A stretch of 64,000 nucleotides of DNA, taken from a virus. Taxonomy: Duplodnaviria > Heunggongvirae > Uroviricota > Caudoviricetes. The stretch is from positions 331,001-395,000 of the IMG/VR virus record IMGVR_UViG_3300021387_000463. One strand, given 5' to 3'. The translations under genes and the position numbers were made by a program. Below the pieces are notes generated by a model that made no database searches, was not told the origin of the DNA, and was given only the letters and a program-made list of their open reading frames with translations. Shown here in pieces: positions 29,122 to 38,627 of this stretch (positions are counted from its first letter, which is position 1; each line of letters opens with the position of its first letter).

Positions 29122-30312
29122 ATGAAGCAGCCAATTAAGAAAAAGGAGTTTAAGAAGCCAAGTATTGCTAGTTTTAAGGAAAAATATGGTTTAACGATGA
29201 AATCAAACAAGGATTTGGTAAAGTCTGTTGCAGATAAGCCTACAGATTTTATTCCACTTCCAGAAGCATTTGCAGATGCAATTAAACTTCCAGGTATACC
29301 AAAGGGTTATCTTACAATTGTGACTGGATGGTCAAACACTGGTAAATCAACCATTAAAAATTGTCTTATCGCAAGTTGTATTAATAATGGAATACTTCCA
29401 GTTATATATGAGACAGAGAACAACTTTGACTTTCAATATGCGATTGATTGTGGCATGAAAGCAACACCTATTTATGATGATGTAGAGGTTGAGGATGTTG
29501 ATGAAGAAACTGGAGAGATTACAACCCATACAGAGAAAAGAATTATTAATTATGATGGAGAATTCTTATATTTTGATAATAAGATTCTAGCTGAAATGTA
29601 TGGTAATCGTGATTATTCAACTGGAAAAGAATCTAAAACTAAACGTAAGGAAGCAGTTCTTGAGGACATTGCATACTCTATAAATGATTTGTTAGATGCA
29701 CAAGATAGAGGTGAAATCCAACAGCCAATGTGCTTTATTTGGGACTCTATTGGTTCTATTCAGTCGTTTAAGTCACTTGAGAGCAAGAGTGGTAACAATA
29801 TGTTTGATGCTGGTGCAATTTCGCAATCATTCAGCAACATTATCAACAATAGAATTCCATCTTCAAAGAAGGTTAGTGAAGAGTTTACAAACACATTCTT
29901 CTGTGTTAACAAGATTTGGAATGATTCAATGAATTCAATGGGTGGTGTACCTTCAATCGAGCTTAAGGGTGGTAAGACATTCTTCTATGGTGCAAGATTG
30001 ATTATCCATCTTGGAGGTATCGGTAAGGCTGCTACAAAGAAACTTGATGCAACTGCAAAGGGTAGCAAGTATCAGTATGGTATCACAACCAAGATAAGAA
30101 CAACTAAAAACCAGTTACCAACACCTTGGAATGTAACATACGAAGGTGAAATGTCTTGTGTACATAATGGTCTATTGAATCCAAAGGCACTAGAGGAATA
30201 CAAGAAAACCTACATGAAGGATATTCTTGCAAAGATTGAAGAGACAAGTGGTAAGAAACTTGACTTAACAGAAAATGATGTACAATTCACTGAAGAAGAT
30301 TCTGAAGAGTAA
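29122..30312 (+). CDS. recA: RecA/UvsX-like recombinase
   Basis: PGIPKG, Walker A GWSNTGKS, YETE, FIWDSIGS, KGGKTFFY, TKNQL. Confidence 0.85.
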   Translation: MKQPIKKKEFKKPSIASFKEKYGLTMKSNKDLVKSVADKPTDFIPLPEAFADAIKLPGIPKGYLTIVTGWSNTGKSTIKNCLIASCINNGILPVIYETENNFDFQYAIDCGMKATPIYDDVEVEDVDEETGEITTHTEKRIINYDGEFLYFDNKILAEMYGNRDYSTGKESKTKRKEAVLEDIAYSINDLLDAQDRGEIQQPMCFIWDSIGSIQSFKSLESKSGNNMFDAGAISQSFSNIINNRIPSSKKVSEEFTNTFFCVNKIWNDSMNSMGGVPSIELKGGKTFFYGARLIIHLGGIGKAATKKLDATAKGSKYQYGITTKIRTTKNQLPTPWNVTYEGEMSCVHNGLLNPKALEEYKKTYMKDILAKIEETSGKKLDLTENDVQFTEEDSEE

Positions 30313-30473
30313 TGAGTTTTGAATATACAGTTAAATATAGACCACATCGCATTGTAGATTATATTATTACAAATGTTAGGCATAATGAAGCTGACGATTC
30401 AGTTGTAATAGAATATAGCAATGGGGAATCAATAAAACTTAGTTTAGCAGATTTAATTGGACATGAAGCTTGA
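30312..30473 (+). CDS. small hypothetical protein (53 aa)
   Basis: Hand-found; TAATG overlap with recA stop. Confidence 0.5.
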   Translation: MSFEYTVKYRPHRIVDYIITNVRHNEADDSVVIEYSNGESIKLSLADLIGHEA

Positions 30474-30600
30474 ACATGTTGTAAAGAAAGTCTATGAACC
30501 TATACATAGAGGTGGATGGGAATTTACATTTACGCCACCACAATGGATTATAGATTGGTGTGAAGATAAGGCATTTATTGAAACAGTAGAATACATATGA
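30463..30600 (+). CDS. small hypothetical protein (45 aa)
   Basis: Hand-found MKLEHVVKKVYEPIHRGGWEF..., chained overlap. Confidence 0.45.
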   Translation: MKLEHVVKKVYEPIHRGGWEFTFTPPQWIIDWCEDKAFIETVEYI

Positions 30601-30674
30601 GTTTAGAAACTGTAGATAGACTATTTGAAGATGATTGGTTGTGGGAATGGGTTGTGGTACATGACCGATATTAA
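30597..30674 (+). CDS. small hypothetical peptide (25 aa)
   Basis: MSLETVDRLFEDDWLWEWVVVHDRY; ATGA overlap, ends just before terminator. Confidence 0.35.
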   Translation: MSLETVDRLFEDDWLWEWVVVHDRY

Positions 30675-30681
30675 ATAAAGA

Positions 30682-30714
30682 ATAGGGGAGAAAGAGATTT
30701 CTCCCTTATTTTTT
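30682..30714 (+). terminator. intrinsic terminator
   Basis: ATAGGGGAGAAA..TTTCTCCCTTATTTTT. Confidence 0.7.
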
Positions 30715-30743
30715 GGAATTTTAACATTTTTTTTATATCTTTG
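30712..30743 (+). promoter_or_regulatory. Bacteroidetes-type promoter
   Basis: TTTG-N20-TATCTTTG, near-identical to 24121. Confidence 0.8.
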
Positions 30744-30758
30744 CAAAAAGGTGTTAAA

Positions 30759-31067
30759 ATGAAAGATATGATACGTGAATATAAAGGAGAAATGTTTAGA
30801 AAATTTGCGTTGAAGCTTAAAAAAGAAGGGCTTTGGCAAAAGTTTATTATTCTTGAATATTATTTTAGATTTTACAATAATCTAGATAATAACTTAATAA
30901 CAATATATAAATATCTCAAAAACGAAAATAGTGATAACGTAATATTATTAGATTGGGTTAAAGGAAAAAAGAAAGGTAGATTTGGTTCATATTTGGATAG
31001 TATGCTGTTTTCTGAATATGACAGATACATATTGCTGAGTGATTTTTTTAAACATTATAAAGTATAA
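30759..31067 (+). CDS. hypothetical protein
   Basis: ORF after promoter; start moved to ATG 30759. Confidence 0.6.
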   Translation: MKDMIREYKGEMFRKFALKLKKEGLWQKFIILEYYFRFYNNLDNNLITIYKYLKNENSDNVILLDWVKGKKKGRFGSYLDSMLFSEYDRYILLSDFFKHYKV

Positions 31068-31070
31068 AAT

Positions 31071-31634
31071 ATGACAGACGAGCAAAGAGAAAAAAACCTA
31101 GAGCTTTATGTTAAGAAGCTAGGAAAACTTGGTATTGATACAAGTACCTTGATTGAAAAGTATGGAGAACTTTTAAAGAATGGTTCTTTCACACAAACAA
31201 ATGAGTTTGGAAACGCTTACAACGGCTCACTGCTTGAGATTATTTTGAAGGTGCTTACACCTTATGCAGTGAAAGTAAATGAGTTGCTTCCAGAGGATAG
31301 AAGGGTTGATAAGCCTACTCTCGTAAAGGTATGTCTTCTTCACCAAATCGCAAAGGCAGTTAGATTGATTCCTAACGATAACCAATGGGAGGTTGAGAAG
31401 CGTGGCTTTGTTTACAAATACGATAATAACTTACCTTCAATCAGAACTGGTCTACACTCCGTTTCAATGTGTTTTGAGTGTGGTATACCTTTGACAACTG
31501 AAGATATTGAGGCAATGACAGTTAATGATAGAGACCTATCGGATGACCAAGCACGTTGGCACTCAAGTATCATGGCAACAATTGTAAGACAAGCAAGCGA
31601 ACTAACATATCTTCAAATCAACGATAAGAAATGA
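31071..31634 (+). CDS. HD-domain-like protein (degenerate)
   Basis: AYNGSLL..LVKVCLLHQIAK..IPLTTEDIEAM..IVRQA. Confidence 0.6.
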   Translation: MTDEQREKNLELYVKKLGKLGIDTSTLIEKYGELLKNGSFTQTNEFGNAYNGSLLEIILKVLTPYAVKVNELLPEDRRVDKPTLVKVCLLHQIAKAVRLIPNDNQWEVEKRGFVYKYDNNLPSIRTGLHSVSMCFECGIPLTTEDIEAMTVNDRDLSDDQARWHSSIMATIVRQASELTYLQINDKK

Positions 31635-32227
31635 AATTTTGGAGAAAAAAAGAAAAGGAAGTACACGTAAAGATTAAAAGGCTACGTGATGATGCAGTAA
31701 TGCCTACATATGCCCATGAGGGTGATGTTGGTATGGATTTAACAGCAGTCAGTGTTGAATATGACCAAGAGCATGATATGTACATTTATCACACTGGTCT
31801 TGCTGTAGAAACTGATAAGGGATATGGAATACTTTTATTTCCAAGAAGTTCAAATAGGAAAACAGACGCATATCTTTGCAACCATGTTGGTATTGTGGAT
31901 TCATTCATATATCGAGGTGAAATGATGCTATGCTTCAAGAATAGAGACTCACTTAGGACACTTGCTCTTGAGGCTAGATTCCTTGAATTCTTAAATAATC
32001 TCAAGTTTAAGGATATTGATAGGCTTACTCTTGATGAAGCTAAGAAGAATTCAAGTGTTACTTGGATGGATACAATGAGGAATCCAATGGCATTTGCCCC
32101 ATATAAGGTTGGTGAAAGGATTGCACAAATGGTAGTAGTACCATACCCTAAAGTTAAGCTAACTGAGGTAAATCAGCTTTCAGTGACAGAAAGGGGTGAA
32201 GGAGGATTTGGTTCAACTGGTAAATAA
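31631..32227 (+). CDS. dut: trimeric dUTPase
   Basis: GDVGMDL, FPRSS, VGIVDSFIYRGE, ERIAQ, RGEGGFGSTG. Confidence 0.95.
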   Translation: MKFWRKKEKEVHVKIKRLRDDAVMPTYAHEGDVGMDLTAVSVEYDQEHDMYIYHTGLAVETDKGYGILLFPRSSNRKTDAYLCNHVGIVDSFIYRGEMMLCFKNRDSLRTLALEARFLEFLNNLKFKDIDRLTLDEAKKNSSVTWMDTMRNPMAFAPYKVGERIAQMVVVPYPKVKLTEVNQLSVTERGEGGFGSTGK

Positions 32228-32236
32228 TTCAATGTT

Positions 32237-32842
32237 ATGACAGACGTACAAGTTTTTAAATGGTTTTGTAAGGAACAAGGAATAATGGCTAATATAAGGG
32301 GAATGTACTATGTATCTACCCCTAAAAGATACATGCGAGAGAGAAACGGAGGTTTTTATAAATTATCTTTTGAAGAGTGGATTCATGAGTTGGTTTCTAG
32401 TCGTGGATTCTACAGTCTATTAACTAAGATAGGAGAGGCATATACTTGCAATATACTATACAGTCAATACGACCACATGATTCCTAGCATTGAGGGGCTA
32501 TATACAGACGGATTTAAAAAAGCAATGCAGCGTTGGACATATTTTGTCAGTAAAAATATTATCGTTGATGACATATCTCTGAAGGTTGGTGATATTGTTT
32601 ATTATAAGAATCCTTTCAAATGGGATGACCCAGACTGCGAAATGGTTGTTGTTGACCATATCAATATTAGGGACGGTTATGTAAGTGGGCATCTTAATGG
32701 TAAGAATCCTGATGTTTGGGAAAATAAAAGGGATTACATGAATTTATCTCAATTAAGGAAATTAGATAATCCACACGAGCAGTTAGAAATAAATTATTCC
32801 ATTAAGCGTAATAGGAGGGTTTACAATGGGGTTAATAGATGA
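32237..32842 (+). CDS. hypothetical protein
   Basis: 201-aa ORF in operon. Confidence 0.7.
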   Translation: MTDVQVFKWFCKEQGIMANIRGMYYVSTPKRYMRERNGGFYKLSFEEWIHELVSSRGFYSLLTKIGEAYTCNILYSQYDHMIPSIEGLYTDGFKKAMQRWTYFVSKNIIVDDISLKVGDIVYYKNPFKWDDPDCEMVVVDHINIRDGYVSGHLNGKNPDVWENKRDYMNLSQLRKLDNPHEQLEINYSIKRNRRVYNGVNR

Positions 32843-33950
32843 TAGAATATGTTATACATATGAAGACCTAACAATTAAACCATGTGTTGTTAGCAATATA
32901 AACCATCGTGTAGAATGCAATCCTTTCGATAATGGGGGTATGCTACCATTATTCACAGCACCAATGGATACTGTGGTGAATGAGGATAATTTCAATCTAT
33001 TCGAATTAAATAAGATTACTTCAATATTACCTAGAATAGAACAATATCCAATTGACGTTAGAGTAACGTATGCAACTGGAGGTAAGTGGGCAGCTTTTTC
33101 ACTTGATGAGTTTATACATTATTTCTGTACACCAGTAATCCCAATGTTCAAGGGATTCCCAATGAAAGCATTAATTGATGTTGCCAACGGACACATGCAG
33201 AGACTATTCGATGCAGCCAAGAAAGCAAAGTCAATATGGGGTAGAAATCTAATACTTATGGGTGGTAATATTGCCAATGAGGAAACATACGAACTCTATG
33301 CTGATGCTGGATTTGATTACGTTAGAGTTGGAATCGGTGGTGGTAAGGGATGTCTTAGCACTTCCAATACTGGAGTTCATAAACCAATGGCATCATTGGT
33401 GAATGATACTTATCTTCTCAAGAAGAAACTAGAGGAAGTAAAGAAATATGAAAAACTACCATATATTATTGCAGATGGTGGTATAAGAGGCTACCGTGAC
33501 ATTATAAAGGCGATTGCGCTTGGTGCTGATTATGTTATGATTGGTAGTGTATTCGCTAAAATGTTTGAATCAGCGTCACAAAAAGTATATGGTACAATGC
33601 TTGGTATTGATATTAATTCTTTTAGAGATTTACATTATAATGGAAATAATGCTGGATGGGAAGGAACATATAGAGGAGAAAAATACAATATTGGGCCAGT
33701 TTATGCTACTTTTTATGGTATGGCTTCTAGGGAAGGACAAATTGCTATGAATGGAGCGAAGACAAAAACTAGTGAAGGTGTAAAGAAAACGCTTGAGGTA
33801 GAGTATACAATGGAAGGTTGGGTAAATAACTTTACTGATTATCTACGTTCAGCAATGTCATATCTTGGTGTTAACACGTTGGAAGAACTTAGAGAAAAGG
33901 CAATTTTGGTGGTAAATTCACAAAATGCAGTGAATGCAGTAAATAAATGA
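32826..33950 (+). CDS. IMP dehydrogenase / GMP reductase family protein
   Basis: APMDTV, IDVANGH, GNIA, RVGIGGGKGCLST, IIADGG, GADYVMIG, FYGMAS, SEG; no CBS domains. Confidence 0.9.
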   Translation: MGLIDDRICYTYEDLTIKPCVVSNINHRVECNPFDNGGMLPLFTAPMDTVVNEDNFNLFELNKITSILPRIEQYPIDVRVTYATGGKWAAFSLDEFIHYFCTPVIPMFKGFPMKALIDVANGHMQRLFDAAKKAKSIWGRNLILMGGNIANEETYELYADAGFDYVRVGIGGGKGCLSTSNTGVHKPMASLVNDTYLLKKKLEEVKKYEKLPYIIADGGIRGYRDIIKAIALGADYVMIGSVFAKMFESASQKVYGTMLGIDINSFRDLHYNGNNAGWEGTYRGEKYNIGPVYATFYGMASREGQIAMNGAKTKTSEGVKKTLEVEYTMEGWVNNFTDYLRSAMSYLGVNTLEELREKAILVVNSQNAVNAVNK

Positions 33951-34010
33951 TAAAAAAAGTGAATAAGAGTTTGTTTCTTATTCACTTTTTTGTATTTTTT
34001 AAATAAAACT

Positions 34011-34700
34011 ATGGACAAAAATATAGCAGTTGTTGTTTGTTCTAGGAAAACAACGGAAGAAAACAAGGATTTCATCGAGCACATTAAGAATACTTGCGGT
34101 TGTGATACACATGTTTATTTGATACATAATCCAGACGGAGTATCGTTATCAAAGATATATGCTGACATGATTGTTAATAGCGAGATTGATAGTGATGTAA
34201 TAGTTTTTATACATGATGATATTGAGTTCTTGAGAGAAGGATGGGGTAAAGAAGTGTTAAGACTATTCAATGAGCATACTGATTATGGAATTATCGGAGT
34301 AGCTGGTTCTGCTCAGTTTGATGAGAAGGGAGCTTGGTGGAATTATGATAAGAAGTTTGGACAAGTTCTTCATAGGTCAAACGGAAAGTCTTGGTTAACT
34401 GCATTCTCACCGTTACTTGATAAAGACTTACAAGAAGTTGTGGTTATTGATGGTTTGTTCATGGCGGTACACAGAAGAAGATTAGCAGAGAATTTCAGTA
34501 GGGAATTGGAAGGTTTTGATTTCTACGATATACATTTTTGTCTAGCTAATTTCTTTGAAAAGAAAAGTAAGATTGGCGTTACAACCAACATTAGATTAGC
34601 CCACAATTCAATCGGACAGCTTAAGGATAGTTGGTACAAGAATAGGGAGATAATCAATAAGAAATTTGGTAATAAGTTCCCAATCGATATTTTAAAATAA
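34011..34700 (+). CDS. glycosyltransferase family 2-like protein
   Basis: VFIHDDIEF, GIIGVAG, VVVIDGLFMA, FDFYDI. Confidence 0.8.
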   Translation: MDKNIAVVVCSRKTTEENKDFIEHIKNTCGCDTHVYLIHNPDGVSLSKIYADMIVNSEIDSDVIVFIHDDIEFLREGWGKEVLRLFNEHTDYGIIGVAGSAQFDEKGAWWNYDKKFGQVLHRSNGKSWLTAFSPLLDKDLQEVVVIDGLFMAVHRRRLAENFSRELEGFDFYDIHFCLANFFEKKSKIGVTTNIRLAHNSIGQLKDSWYKNREIINKKFGNKFPIDILK

Positions 34701-34706
34701 TTTGGC

Positions 34707-34952
34707 ATGATTTTTGCAATTAATATGGAACTAGATAAACTACTTACACTATATAGCGCAGTAAGTAATATTTGTCAAGATTATTCTAGGATGACAGACG
34801 GATATTCGCTCGCAACTGGAGATAAGAGATTTGAACATATTCCAGAAGATATAAGATTAATGATTAAAGAAAGACAAGAGTTTTTCTCATATAAAGATAA
34901 GGTTAGAAACCTTTTGAAAAGTAAAATAAGGGAGGAAATGACTAAACTATGA
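34707..34952 (+). CDS. hypothetical protein
   Basis: 81-aa ORF in operon (start may be 34725). Confidence 0.65.
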   Translation: MIFAINMELDKLLTLYSAVSNICQDYSRMTDGYSLATGDKRFEHIPEDIRLMIKERQEFFSYKDKVRNLLKSKIREEMTKL

Positions 34953-35947
34953 ATGCAATAAAGAGATTACAGAAAGCATTGTTGAATTTATACTACGGTT
35001 TACCATTTGGCCTTAAGGCTGCTGGAGACGAAATCATGGGTGGTGGTGAAGCAGACCAAGCAGGAACCGAGATAAACCAACAAGTAACCGATAAGAGAGT
35101 GGCAAAGCACTTGTTGAAAGGTGAGGTTACTCAAGAAGTTGAGGAACTTAGATATAGGACATATCTAGTTGCCAATGAATCTGAGAAGTACAAGTACCTA
35201 GGCAATGGTGTTGCCGTGAAGGAGGAAAAAGAAAAACCAAAGGATAAGACAAGATTTAAGTTCTCACAAGACAATGAGAATATCTGTGAGTCTGTGTTAA
35301 GTACAATGAATCAAGTCGGAAACTATGGTGCTGAGAAATATCGTTTTGAGATTGACTATAATTCATTTGTAAGATTTAAGGTTGAGAAGTTCGCAAAGAA
35401 GGTTGATGTCGATATTGATGAGAAAATTGGTAAGATTGAAACAACATTGCACTTTAATACAGAACCAGACCCATATGATGCAGCCTCAATGCCATTTATC
35501 AATGAGCTTAAGAAGTTACTTGGTAACAAAAGCGAGTATTTCATTTCAAAGCATGAAATCGCATCATCAATCTATAATCTTTCATTCACAACATACAAGG
35601 CATATAATGAAGATGACTTAGTAAGTTATTCATTCATTAAGGGTGGTAAGTTTAAGGACTTTAGACAAGAAGGATATGAATATCTTTTAACACTTACTTG
35701 GGATGAGTATATGAGATTACCACTTGACCTTGAATCAAAGTACTACTCTAAGTCTATGGCTGAGAAGTATGCTAAGAAGGAGAGAAAGGATGTAGCACCA
35801 GAAATGGTCAATACAGAGAGAAAGAGATACTGTTCAGTATGTGGTAGAGAAATGTCAGTTTATGACGCAGATATACAAGAGGCAGACGGACATAAGCCAA
35901 TTTGTAAAGATTGTCTTAATAAAGCCTTGAAAAATGAAGAAAAATGA
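34949..35947 (+). CDS. hypothetical protein with C-terminal CxxC..CxxC Zn ribbon
   Basis: LLKGEVTQEVEELRYR; CSVC..CKDC. Confidence 0.75.
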   Translation: MNAIKRLQKALLNLYYGLPFGLKAAGDEIMGGGEADQAGTEINQQVTDKRVAKHLLKGEVTQEVEELRYRTYLVANESEKYKYLGNGVAVKEEKEKPKDKTRFKFSQDNENICESVLSTMNQVGNYGAEKYRFEIDYNSFVRFKVEKFAKKVDVDIDEKIGKIETTLHFNTEPDPYDAASMPFINELKKLLGNKSEYFISKHEIASSIYNLSFTTYKAYNEDDLVSYSFIKGGKFKDFRQEGYEYLLTLTWDEYMRLPLDLESKYYSKSMAEKYAKKERKDVAPEMVNTERKRYCSVCGREMSVYDADIQEADGHKPICKDCLNKALKNEEK

Positions 35948-35971
35948 TTATTCTTTATATAAAGAAAAATT

Positions 35972-36571
35972 ATGTTGACAATTGGAATTGAATTAAATCA
36001 TGTTGTAAGAAATATCAACAGACAGATTCTTAAGAACTATTCAAAGGAATTTGACCCATCAATGGAATGGGAAGACCTAGACGATAAGGTGGACATCTTC
36101 AAGAAGTACCTTAAGTTCGAGAGCAAGTATGAGAAGAATAATTTCTTGTATATCGATTATCCTTTTGAAATATTCGGTGCTTGTCCAGCAATGGAGAAGA
36201 ATCTTCCAAGGGACATCAATAACTGGCTTGCAGATATTGAGAATATGGAAGACGAGGACATTAGAATCATTTTCTACAGTTTGGATGAGGTTGCATTGAC
36301 AATTCAATCTAGTTATTTCTTCTTAAGTAAAATTGGTTCTAGAGTTAGGAAGGTTATTTTCCCAACAAAGCTTGAAGAGGTTTGGGACGAATGCGATGCA
36401 GTGATTACAGCAAGGAATGAGTTCTTTGAGAAGAAGAAACCAGAAGGAAAGAAGATTGTTCTCATTAATCGTGAGTTTAACGAGGAACATAAGGATGAGG
36501 CAGACTTGAACTATAATAGTTTGAGCGAAATCATCACAGATAATAATTTTTTCAAAAAGGTTAAGGAATGA
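35972..36571 (+). CDS. HAD-fold 5'(3')-deoxyribonucleotidase-like protein (degenerate)
   Basis: TIGIELNHVVRN where IGIDxDGV is usual; C-terminal KIVLINREFN. Confidence 0.55.
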   Translation: MLTIGIELNHVVRNINRQILKNYSKEFDPSMEWEDLDDKVDIFKKYLKFESKYEKNNFLYIDYPFEIFGACPAMEKNLPRDINNWLADIENMEDEDIRIIFYSLDEVALTIQSSYFFLSKIGSRVRKVIFPTKLEEVWDECDAVITARNEFFEKKKPEGKKIVLINREFNEEHKDEADLNYNSLSEIITDNNFFKKVKE

Positions 36572-36903
36572 CAAATTCACCATACATTTTTGACTTAAAC
36601 AACATTACAAGCTTCATCTTTGGTAATCCGAATGAGAAGACCAATGAAGTAGAAATCACGGACAATTTCGTCTATGACAAAGATACAAAGTCAATGATTC
36701 CTAATACTAGGGAAGTTAAGGAGGTTAAGGTTAACGATTACACTGGTCAGAATACCATTCGTTACGACATGATTAGAATGTTTATTGACATCCTTGATTC
36801 AATCGAAGACCCAAAGGTGTTGACAATGGGACAGAATATTACACTTAATACACTAAAGGCGTATGAGCTAATAAAAGATATAAACGAGGAAAGCAATGAG
36901 TGA
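36568..36903 (+). CDS. hypothetical protein
   Basis: 111-aa ORF, IRYDMI..NTL..YELI. Confidence 0.7.
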   Translation: MTNSPYIFDLNNITSFIFGNPNEKTNEVEITDNFVYDKDTKSMIPNTREVKEVKVNDYTGQNTIRYDMIRMFIDILDSIEDPKVLTMGQNITLNTLKAYELIKDINEESNE

Positions 36904-37981
36904 GAAAGATTTAAAGGTTATCGAGAATATCGAAAAAGAGATTTCAAAGATAGACAAGAAGGAAAATAGAATTTATTTCTTTGTGATTGATACAAAGGGA
37001 GTTCCTAGCGGTAGCTTGGAATACATCTATAATTTGGCTCTTATCCTTAAGAACGAAGGATATAACGTTAATATGCTTCACACTGAGGAAGAGTTTGTAG
37101 GTGTTGGTGCATGGCTAGGAGAGGAATACACAAGCCTCCCACATTTCAATGTTAACAAGGGTGAAGTTGGTACATCACCAAGTGATGTGTTGTTCATTCC
37201 TGAGATTTTCTCACAAGTTATGAACCAGACAAGAAATCTTCCTTGTAAGAGAGTGGTAATCTTGCAGAACTATGACTACGTTGTGGAGCAGATGCCATAT
37301 GCAGCACAGTGGGGTGATTTTGGAATCATGGAAGGTATCACCAACTCTGATTACCAAGCAGCAGAACTTAATGAGGCATTCCCTTATGTGAAACTTAAGA
37401 AGGTTAGACCGTTTATCTCAAAGATATTCGGTACAACAATCGCACCAAAGAAGATGGTCATCAATGTTATCTCAAAAGACCAGAGTGACATCAAGAGAAT
37501 CGTTAAGCCATTCTATTGGAAGTATCCATTCTTCAAGTGGGTGTCATTCAAGGAACTTAGAAACTTGTCAAAGGAAGAGTTCGCAAAGGAACTTAGAGAG
37601 GGCGCAATGACAATCGTTGTAGATGAGACTGCAAGCTTCATGTATTCTGCACTTGAAGCTATGAAGAGTGGTAGTATTACAATGGTTAAAGTTCCTACAA
37701 CAACCGTAGATTGGGCTAATGGTGAAGAGCTTCCAAACTGTTGCGTATGGTTCAATGACTACGATACCCTTCACAAGCAGATTGCAAGTGTTGTACGCTC
37801 TTGGATTACAGACAAGATACCAACTGTACTCGCTGAAGAAGCAAAGAAGGTTACTGAGGAATACACAGAGGAAAACACTAAGGCTGACATCTTGGCTTAC
37901 ATTACAGACGTTCTCGATAGGAGAAAGAAGGAAATGCAAGACTTAGTAGTCCAGATTAAAGCTAAGAAGGAGGAAGAGTAA
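36896..37981 (+). CDS. glycosyltransferase (GT-B fold)
   Basis: SGSLEYIYNLA..GY, DVLFIPE, EEFAKELRE..SFMYSALEAMKSG. Confidence 0.7.
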   Translation: MSEKDLKVIENIEKEISKIDKKENRIYFFVIDTKGVPSGSLEYIYNLALILKNEGYNVNMLHTEEEFVGVGAWLGEEYTSLPHFNVNKGEVGTSPSDVLFIPEIFSQVMNQTRNLPCKRVVILQNYDYVVEQMPYAAQWGDFGIMEGITNSDYQAAELNEAFPYVKLKKVRPFISKIFGTTIAPKKMVINVISKDQSDIKRIVKPFYWKYPFFKWVSFKELRNLSKEEFAKELREGAMTIVVDETASFMYSALEAMKSGSITMVKVPTTTVDWANGEELPNCCVWFNDYDTLHKQIASVVRSWITDKIPTVLAEEAKKVTEEYTEENTKADILAYITDVLDRRKKEMQDLVVQIKAKKEEE

Positions 37982-37982
37982 A

Positions 37983-38627
37983 ATGAAAGAATTTCTAACA
38001 AGTGGCATTGTCGGAAACATTGAACTTGATAAGTCAATATGTGTGCATACATATGAACAAGCAAAGAAGAGTCCTAAAATGAAGGAAAAACTAGAGAAAT
38101 ATGTTGAAAGATGGAAGCAGCTAGGATTCACTGAGGGATTCCCAGAGGAACGTAAGGAAGAGTTATCATATGCTTATGAGCAACTTGCAGTTTTTTTAAT
38201 TGCTTGTGCAACAGAACAAACGCATGCATTGTTCACTGACCAAGAGAGATATTTCGACACAGTTGGTTTTCCAATGACTAGAAGAGTTCTTGGTAATCTT
38301 GAACCAAATGAGTTTGATTTCCAAATGTACATAAAGTATTGTAAGGAGTTTAACGTCAATGACGTGATTAATTATGTCGAAGAGTTGAATCCAATAATAG
38401 AACCTTGGGGACCAGGAAGAGAGGTTGTAAGAAAGTATTTCAGCATGGATAGTGAAGCTGAAGCAGTCGCTATATGCTGCGATATGATAGAAGAAAAATT
38501 CAAAAATCCAGATAAAGATAGTAATACTATTAGAAAGGAACATTTTGATAAAGTTAAGAAACTAATTGAAACTAAGAAAGAAGAGTTAAAGAATGAAGGA
38601 ACTAGTAGTGATAATACCAATGCATGA
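37983..38627 (+). CDS. protein resembling the N-terminal segment of a gp23-like major capsid protein
   Basis: MKEFLTSGIVGNIEL..ERWKQLGFTEG..YEQLA..FDTVGFPMTRRV; only 214 aa. Confidence 0.55.
   Translation: MKEFLTSGIVGNIELDKSICVHTYEQAKKSPKMKEKLEKYVERWKQLGFTEGFPEERKEELSYAYEQLAVFLIACATEQTHALFTDQERYFDTVGFPMTRRVLGNLEPNEFDFQMYIKYCKEFNVNDVINYVEELNPIIEPWGPGREVVRKYFSMDSEAEAVAICCDMIEEKFKNPDKDSNTIRKEHFDKVKKLIETKKEELKNEGTSSDNTNA

Noticed and set aside
30312-30473. KYRP motif resembling a clamp-loader N-terminus
   Set aside because: Only 53 aa with no AAA+ motifs; probably coincidental
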